Notes under the pieces: model-generated
What the model saw: the letters and a program-made list of their open reading frames with translations, nothing else
What the model was told of the DNA's origin: nothing
The model's database searches: none
Assembly (NCBI GenBank): GCA_964430265.1
Contig: CAYSEI010000003.1
Span: 1,070-65,069, forward strand
DNA: 64,000 bases
Source: an uncultured Pseudomonadales bacterium
GTDB lineage: Bacteria > Patescibacteriota > Microgenomatia > UBA1400 > CAYXSR01
Reading direction: 5' to 3'
Program-made: the position numbers and the translations under genes
In this document: positions 59,581 to 64,000 of the stretch, in pieces
How the letters are laid out: each line of letters opens with the position of its first letter
How positions within the stretch are numbered: the first letter of the stretch is position 1

Positions 59581-60135
59581 TTATTTAAAATAACTTTTAA
59601 AATAAGGAATGTGCCATAAAGCATGAAAAAAACTAACCATAATAAAAAGTATACCGATATTAATATGGATCAAACTTAAAGTACGGTTAAAGTAGCCAAG
59701 TAAATATAAGAAACTGCTTACAGCAGTAATTAAAAAGCTGACTGTTAAAACTAGGTTCCAAATTTTTCTGTGATGAATTAATTTCAACTTTTTAAGTTTA
59801 ACAAAGCCAAAAGATAAAAAATATAAAAAAAGTGTCAACAAAATTGTTACTGGCAAGTAGTAATTTGTTTTATCTGTCTGTTTATTATTTTGTTCCTGCG
59901 AGCTTGCTTTGGAGTTCACTGTCGTTTCTTTTTCTACTGCAGCCAAACGCTCTTCTGGATCCGGTTGGGAATGGTCACAAATACTGTCATTATCCATATC
60001 AATAAAACGCGGACATTTTCCTGGAGCTGGATCATTTACCTCTCCAAAGGGACAATCTTCCCAAGCCATTAAATCAGTAGGAAAGACAAGGAAAAAAATA
60101 AAGATAATCAAAAAGATGGTTTTTTTTGCTTTCAT
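59581..60135 (-). CDS. Membrane protein with Cys-rich exported N-terminus and DUF4405-like His-containing helices
   Basis: CPFGEVNDPAPGKCPRFIDMDNDSICDHSQ followed by three TM helices with conserved His. Confidence 0.55.
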   Translation of the reverse strand: MKAKKTIFLIIFIFFLVFPTDLMAWEDCPFGEVNDPAPGKCPRFIDMDNDSICDHSQPDPEERLAAVEKETTVNSKASSQEQNNKQTDKTNYYLPVTILLTLFLYFLSFGFVKLKKLKLIHHRKIWNLVLTVSFLITAVSSFLYLLGYFNRTLSLIHINIGILFIMVSFFHALWHIPYFKSYFK

Positions 60136-60244
60136 TATAATATCTTTTATTATACAGTTATTATACAGTAATCTTAAAAACTTAAATTAAGCTGAGAACC
60201 CATTGTTGTTACAACAATATTAGTAAAATAAATATAATTTAATT

Positions 60245-60841
60245 ATGGAAATAATAAGTTTAGAGATTGGCGAGCTGAGTACAAATTGTTATATACTAAT
60301 TTGTACTCAAACGGATCAATGCCTGATAATAGACCCGGGTGACAATGCAAACTATATCAGTGAAAAAATCTTGTATCAGGACCTAAAACCTAAAACAATA
60401 ATTGCCACACACGGACATTATGACCACAATCTTGCCAGCAGTGAGTTACAAATGGCTTTTGAAATTCCTTTTCTTATTCATAAAAAAGATGAAAACCTTT
60501 TAAAAAGGTTGAAAAAATCTGCTGAATACTGGACTAAAAGAAATATCTACCAAATACCACCAAAAATTGATTCTTATCTTAAAGATGATGAAAAAATCCT
60601 TTTTGGCAAGGAATTTTTAAAAGTCATGCATGCACCCGGACACACACCCGGAGGAATAGTTTTATACAATACCAATGAAAAAATTCTTTTATCCGGAGAT
60701 ACTATTTTTGCCAATGGCATAGGAAGAACCGATTTTAGCTACAGTGAGCCTGAAAAAATGAAAAAAACATTAAAAAAAATTAAAAAGAAATTCAAAGGAT
60801 ACACTGTTTATCCAGGACATGGAAACGAATTTATCCTTTAA
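60245..60841 (+). CDS. MBL-fold metallo-hydrolase (glyoxalase II-like)
   Basis: THGHYDH, PGHTPG, SGD and PGHG motifs. Confidence 0.92.
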   Translation: MEIISLEIGELSTNCYILICTQTDQCLIIDPGDNANYISEKILYQDLKPKTIIATHGHYDHNLASSELQMAFEIPFLIHKKDENLLKRLKKSAEYWTKRNIYQIPPKIDSYLKDDEKILFGKEFLKVMHAPGHTPGGIVLYNTNEKILLSGDTIFANGIGRTDFSYSEPEKMKKTLKKIKKKFKGYTVYPGHGNEFIL

Positions 60842-60871
60842 ATAGGTATATTTTTAGAATAAAATATTAAT

Positions 60872-61198
60872 ATGTATAAAAAACACAACACACCATTTGG
60901 AAAATATTTTCGCAGACTAGATAAAATTGACAAAGGTATTAAACAAGAAGAATATGGTTCAATATTAATCCTTACCTTAGTAGAGGAAGTGGGTGAAATG
61001 GCACGAGCTTATTTAGCCCACCACGGAAGAAAAAAACTTAATGTGGCTGCACAAAAAGACGAAACATATGAACAGGAGTTGGGGGATATCTTAGTAGCAA
61101 TACTGCGTTTTGCCCGAATTAAAGATATTAATCTGGACAAAAGAATCAAATACTCTTTGAAGAAAATAGAGAAACGCAAACAAAAACCTAAAAAATAA
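60872..61198 (+). CDS. MazG-like nucleotide pyrophosphohydrolase
   Basis: LVEEVGEMA...ELGDIL motif. Confidence 0.85.
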   Translation: MYKKHNTPFGKYFRRLDKIDKGIKQEEYGSILILTLVEEVGEMARAYLAHHGRKKLNVAAQKDETYEQELGDILVAILRFARIKDINLDKRIKYSLKKIEKRKQKPKK

Positions 61199-62103
61199 TG
61201 GAACAACCACCACCAGAAGAAATATCAATATCTTTAGAAAAAGAAACGGAAACATTTGAAGCAGATACACATCCTTTTGATACAAAAGAATTAAAAGAGT
61301 TTTTTCAAAAACATTTCCCCGAATACGCTGATTTAATTACCCAATGTAAAAGACCCGGATTAAGCGAGAATCCCGACGAAATGGAAAAATGGGAAGCGCA
61401 AAGAATTAGAAAACGTAAACAACGCTTTAAAGATGAAACTTTAACCGGCTGGTTAAACAGAGTTTTATATGAAGAAACTTTTCTTGTTGATCCTTTTCCA
61501 GGAAGGACTGATATTGATTTAAAACAAGGCATCCCCGGCTTTACGCCCGGCGGTTTAATTTCCCATCATTATATTTTGGGATCAAGTAATGGTCGGACTA
61601 TAGAAGACGTTCTTGCTCTTTCTACAGAAGAAAGTTTAGAAGAACAATTACTCAGTCTGCCGGATCGGAGAGAACAACTGAATTTTCTAGACGTAATTTC
61701 CAACTCCACTTATAGACGCAATTCTGATTCAATTCCATTTTTACCTCTGGTATTAAGAAGTATTCAAGAAAACAAGAGCTTTCCTCAGGAATTAAATTCA
61801 ATTGGATATCGTCTGCTTCGCATTTTGCAGGCAAGAAGAGATGATTTTTATAGTTCTGTAAAAGATCCCAAATTAAAAGAATGTGTTAAAATTTCGGACA
61901 AAAAAATAACCAAGATTGTTCTTTTATATTCTGCCTGGTCAAGATTTCAAAGCCTTTTAACCAAACAAGGCGGAATTAGATCTTTAATGTCTGAAAAACT
62001 TAAATCAGACTTAAAAGATTTTCTTTTTTTCAGAACGCACCCGGAAACACAAATATTTTATGAATATCTTTCCCCATCAGGTTTTTTAAATGAGCAGCGC
62101 TGA
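61198..62103 (+). CDS. Hypothetical protein
   Basis: 301-aa ORF coupled to mazG (TAATG overlap); no family recognised. Confidence 0.55.
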   Translation: MEQPPPEEISISLEKETETFEADTHPFDTKELKEFFQKHFPEYADLITQCKRPGLSENPDEMEKWEAQRIRKRKQRFKDETLTGWLNRVLYEETFLVDPFPGRTDIDLKQGIPGFTPGGLISHHYILGSSNGRTIEDVLALSTEESLEEQLLSLPDRREQLNFLDVISNSTYRRNSDSIPFLPLVLRSIQENKSFPQELNSIGYRLLRILQARRDDFYSSVKDPKLKECVKISDKKITKIVLLYSAWSRFQSLLTKQGGIRSLMSEKLKSDLKDFLFFRTHPETQIFYEYLSPSGFLNEQR

Positions 62104-62104
62104 A

Positions 62105-64000
62105 TCAGCCTGCACCACCACCGCCGCCGCCGCCACCGCCACCACCGCCGCCCGAAGCACCACCAGAAGAACCCACTCCTGATGCCCCATAGCTTGACTG
62201 GGCTGACGAGGAAAGAGAAGAAATTGCGCTATTTAAAGAATTTAAACTGGTTGAGAAATCCGTAAAATCACTTGTAGAACTCATACCCCAGTAACTGGCA
62301 ATTGCTTTTTGGTCTTGTGGACTGAATTTAACCGGCAATTGGGAAAGGGTTTTTGTCGATACACCCAATACAGTACCATACACTAAATATTTTTCCCATA
62401 TAATGACTGAGTCAATCGGGTCTTTTTTAGTTTTTTTATATTCTTCCATGTGTTTTTTAAAAGCTTTCCATTTAGCTGCTTCTTCAGAACCCTTAGGTGT
62501 TCTTTTTTCCGCAAACCCCTGTTCAACAATAATAATGATTGTAAAAAGAACTGACATAAAGATCCCTAATACACCTGATAGAATCAGAAAACCATTAAAT
62601 GTAATTATTCCAAGAACAAAGGCAATAAAAACTTGAACAAAAAGGCTCAATATAAAAACCGCAACCGAGTAACCAAACTTTTTTTTGAATTGGTGCGATT
62701 CCTTGTTAAAATAGTTCTCCTCCAGATTTTCTTCAAGTGCCTTATCTTCAAGAGATTGAAAAAATTTATAGGCTGCTTCACGATGTTTTTTACACCAAGC
62801 TTGTATTTTTTTAAAGGCCAGAAGATTTTGCTCTCTGCTATTTAATTTTTGTTTTTTAAACCCGATTTTGTTAAGAAAGTCAATAACTTTCCTTTCTATA
62901 CCAGACAGATTTTCATTTCCTAGCTTTTCCGGTTTTAAATAATAACGATAGTCTTTAAAAATAAGTCCTTTTTTCTGATTACTCCGCTGAATGCTAAAAA
63001 ATTTTTTGTGCACTAAAGACAAAACGGTTGCTGTAAAACTTTTGGGCGAAAGCTTTTTTGTTCCGGATATCAATTGCTCTACCTGTGCCGGATCAATATC
63101 ACTTGGAGGCTCCCATAGCCTTCCGGATAAGTTTATTTCCGGAAGTGGAGCATCTTTGCCATACTTAAAAAACTTTTTTTGCTGCCTGATAAAATACCAG
63201 ATTAAAAATAGATTGAGTAGTATTGATACTCCGAGCAAGGTATTTCCTAAAATTTTTTGTCTTTGTCTTTTTTGTTCGGTTTTTTGAATAAATTCTTCCT
63301 CTTGGGAAACAATTTCTTGTTTGCTTAAAGTGCCTTTTACTCCATTAGTAAAAATGTTTTTCGGCATAATAAAGCGCGCTTCAAAAAATTCACCTTCAGT
63401 AATTTTAGGAACTTGATAAACAACTTTTTCAGCAGTTGGGATGGAAACTATTCCTGACAAAGGCCCGTGTGCCCAGGCCTGAACTTCTTCACCTGGTATA
63501 TTCTCAGGCAGATTAAATACTGCTTCTACATTATTTTGTGCTACCTCCCATTCTGCTCCAATTATTTTCCAATAAACCTCCGCAACTTCTCCTTGTAGAG
63601 TAACAGCATTTTTAACTTGATATGATAGAGTAAATAGCTTATCTTCATTGTTTGCTCGGTAAAACCATTTAATATAGTAACGATCCTTTTCTTCTCTGAC
63701 ATAAAAGGTATTTGGGGGACGATTATTATCCGCTTGAGAAATTTCTTTATCAGTTAATTGTTTGTAACAAGTTTCCTGATCACAGATATTAAAATTGGAA
63801 AGTATATACTCATCTCTTCTTCCAGGATTAGTTGCTGAATCGCCAAGTTTATTTATGTACTGATATGCAAAAGTAAAGCTACCGTCAAAATCATAAGTTC
63901 TTTGCTCTTCAATTTGCATTGAACCATTTTTGTTTACACTTGCATTAATGTTTACTTTATCTATCGAGTATTCTTTTGCTAAAACCGGTTGAAAGGAAAA
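62105..64000 (-). CDS. DUF2207-family membrane protein, 5' end outside the window
   Basis: Frame stays open from 63919 to 64000 (FSFQPVLAKEYSIDKVNINASVNKNGSM); WKAFK and WEKYLVYG motifs; Gly-rich C-terminus. Confidence 0.85.
   Translation of the reverse strand, partial: FSFQPVLAKEYSIDKVNINASVNKNGSMQIEEQRTYDFDGSFTFAYQYINKLGDSATNPGRRDEYILSNFNICDQETCYKQLTDKEISQADNNRPPNTFYVREEKDRYYIKWFYRANNEDKLFTLSYQVKNAVTLQGEVAEVYWKIIGAEWEVAQNNVEAVFNLPENIPGEEVQAWAHGPLSGIVSIPTAEKVVYQVPKITEGEFFEARFIMPKNIFTNGVKGTLSKQEIVSQEEEFIQKTEQKRQRQKILGNTLLGVSILLNLFLIWYFIRQQKKFFKYGKDAPLPEINLSGRLWEPPSDIDPAQVEQLISGTKKLSPKSFTATVLSLVHKKFFSIQRSNQKKGLIFKDYRYYLKPEKLGNENLSGIERKVIDFLNKIGFKKQKLNSREQNLLAFKKIQAWCKKHREAAYKFFQSLEDKALEENLEENYFNKESHQFKKKFGYSVAVFILSLFVQVFIAFVLGIITFNGFLILSGVLGIFMSVLFTIIIIVEQGFAEKRTPKGSEEAAKWKAFKKHMEEYKKTKKDPIDSVIIWEKYLVYGTVLGVSTKTLSQLPVKFSPQDQKAIASYWGMSSTSDFTDFSTSLNSLNSAISSLSSSAQSSYGASGVGSSGGASGGGGGGGGGGGGGAG

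Noticed and set aside
62105-62200. GC-rich CCA/CCG triplet repeat
   Set aside because: It encodes the normal Gly-rich C-terminus of DUF2207 proteins.

Overview
AT-rich, gene-dense bacterial window using the standard code (TGA = stop). Gene content suggests a Patescibacteria/CPR genome, possibly Microgenomates; this is an inference. In order: (1) a 7.7-kb minus-strand operon with an SmtB/ArsR-type operator, joining arsR-arsE-arsP-arsF-arsG-like genes and thiol-redox proteins to an orphan GcvH-like lipoyl carrier and a TusA-YeeE-DsrE sulfur-relay module; (2) a small membrane protein, a minimal NuoF/HydB subunit and a group A [FeFe]-hydrogenase, with no maturases in the window; (3) a surface-glycan cluster (GT2s, B12 radical SAM, methyltransferase, sulfotransferase, flippase, TMTC-like GT-C); (4) a type IV pilus locus directly preceded by a FeeM/LuxI-fold acyltransferase, an Rv1355c-like ThiF enzyme, a LuxN-like 7TM-GAF histidine kinase and a single-domain response regulator coupled to pilB; (5) housekeeping genes (purB/purA, glpX-fba-pgk, tandem PBP1A, SDR, AbrB-PIN toxin-antitoxin pair, ahpC, nitroreductase, MazG, DUF2207). 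Block 4 is the best candidate for an undescribed system: small-molecule, quorum-sensing-like control of pili. Many genes have an extended -10 box 6-7 nt before the start codon, implying leaderless mRNAs. No rRNA, tRNA, CRISPR array or IS element was recognised. All family calls come from motif recognition by eye, not database searches.
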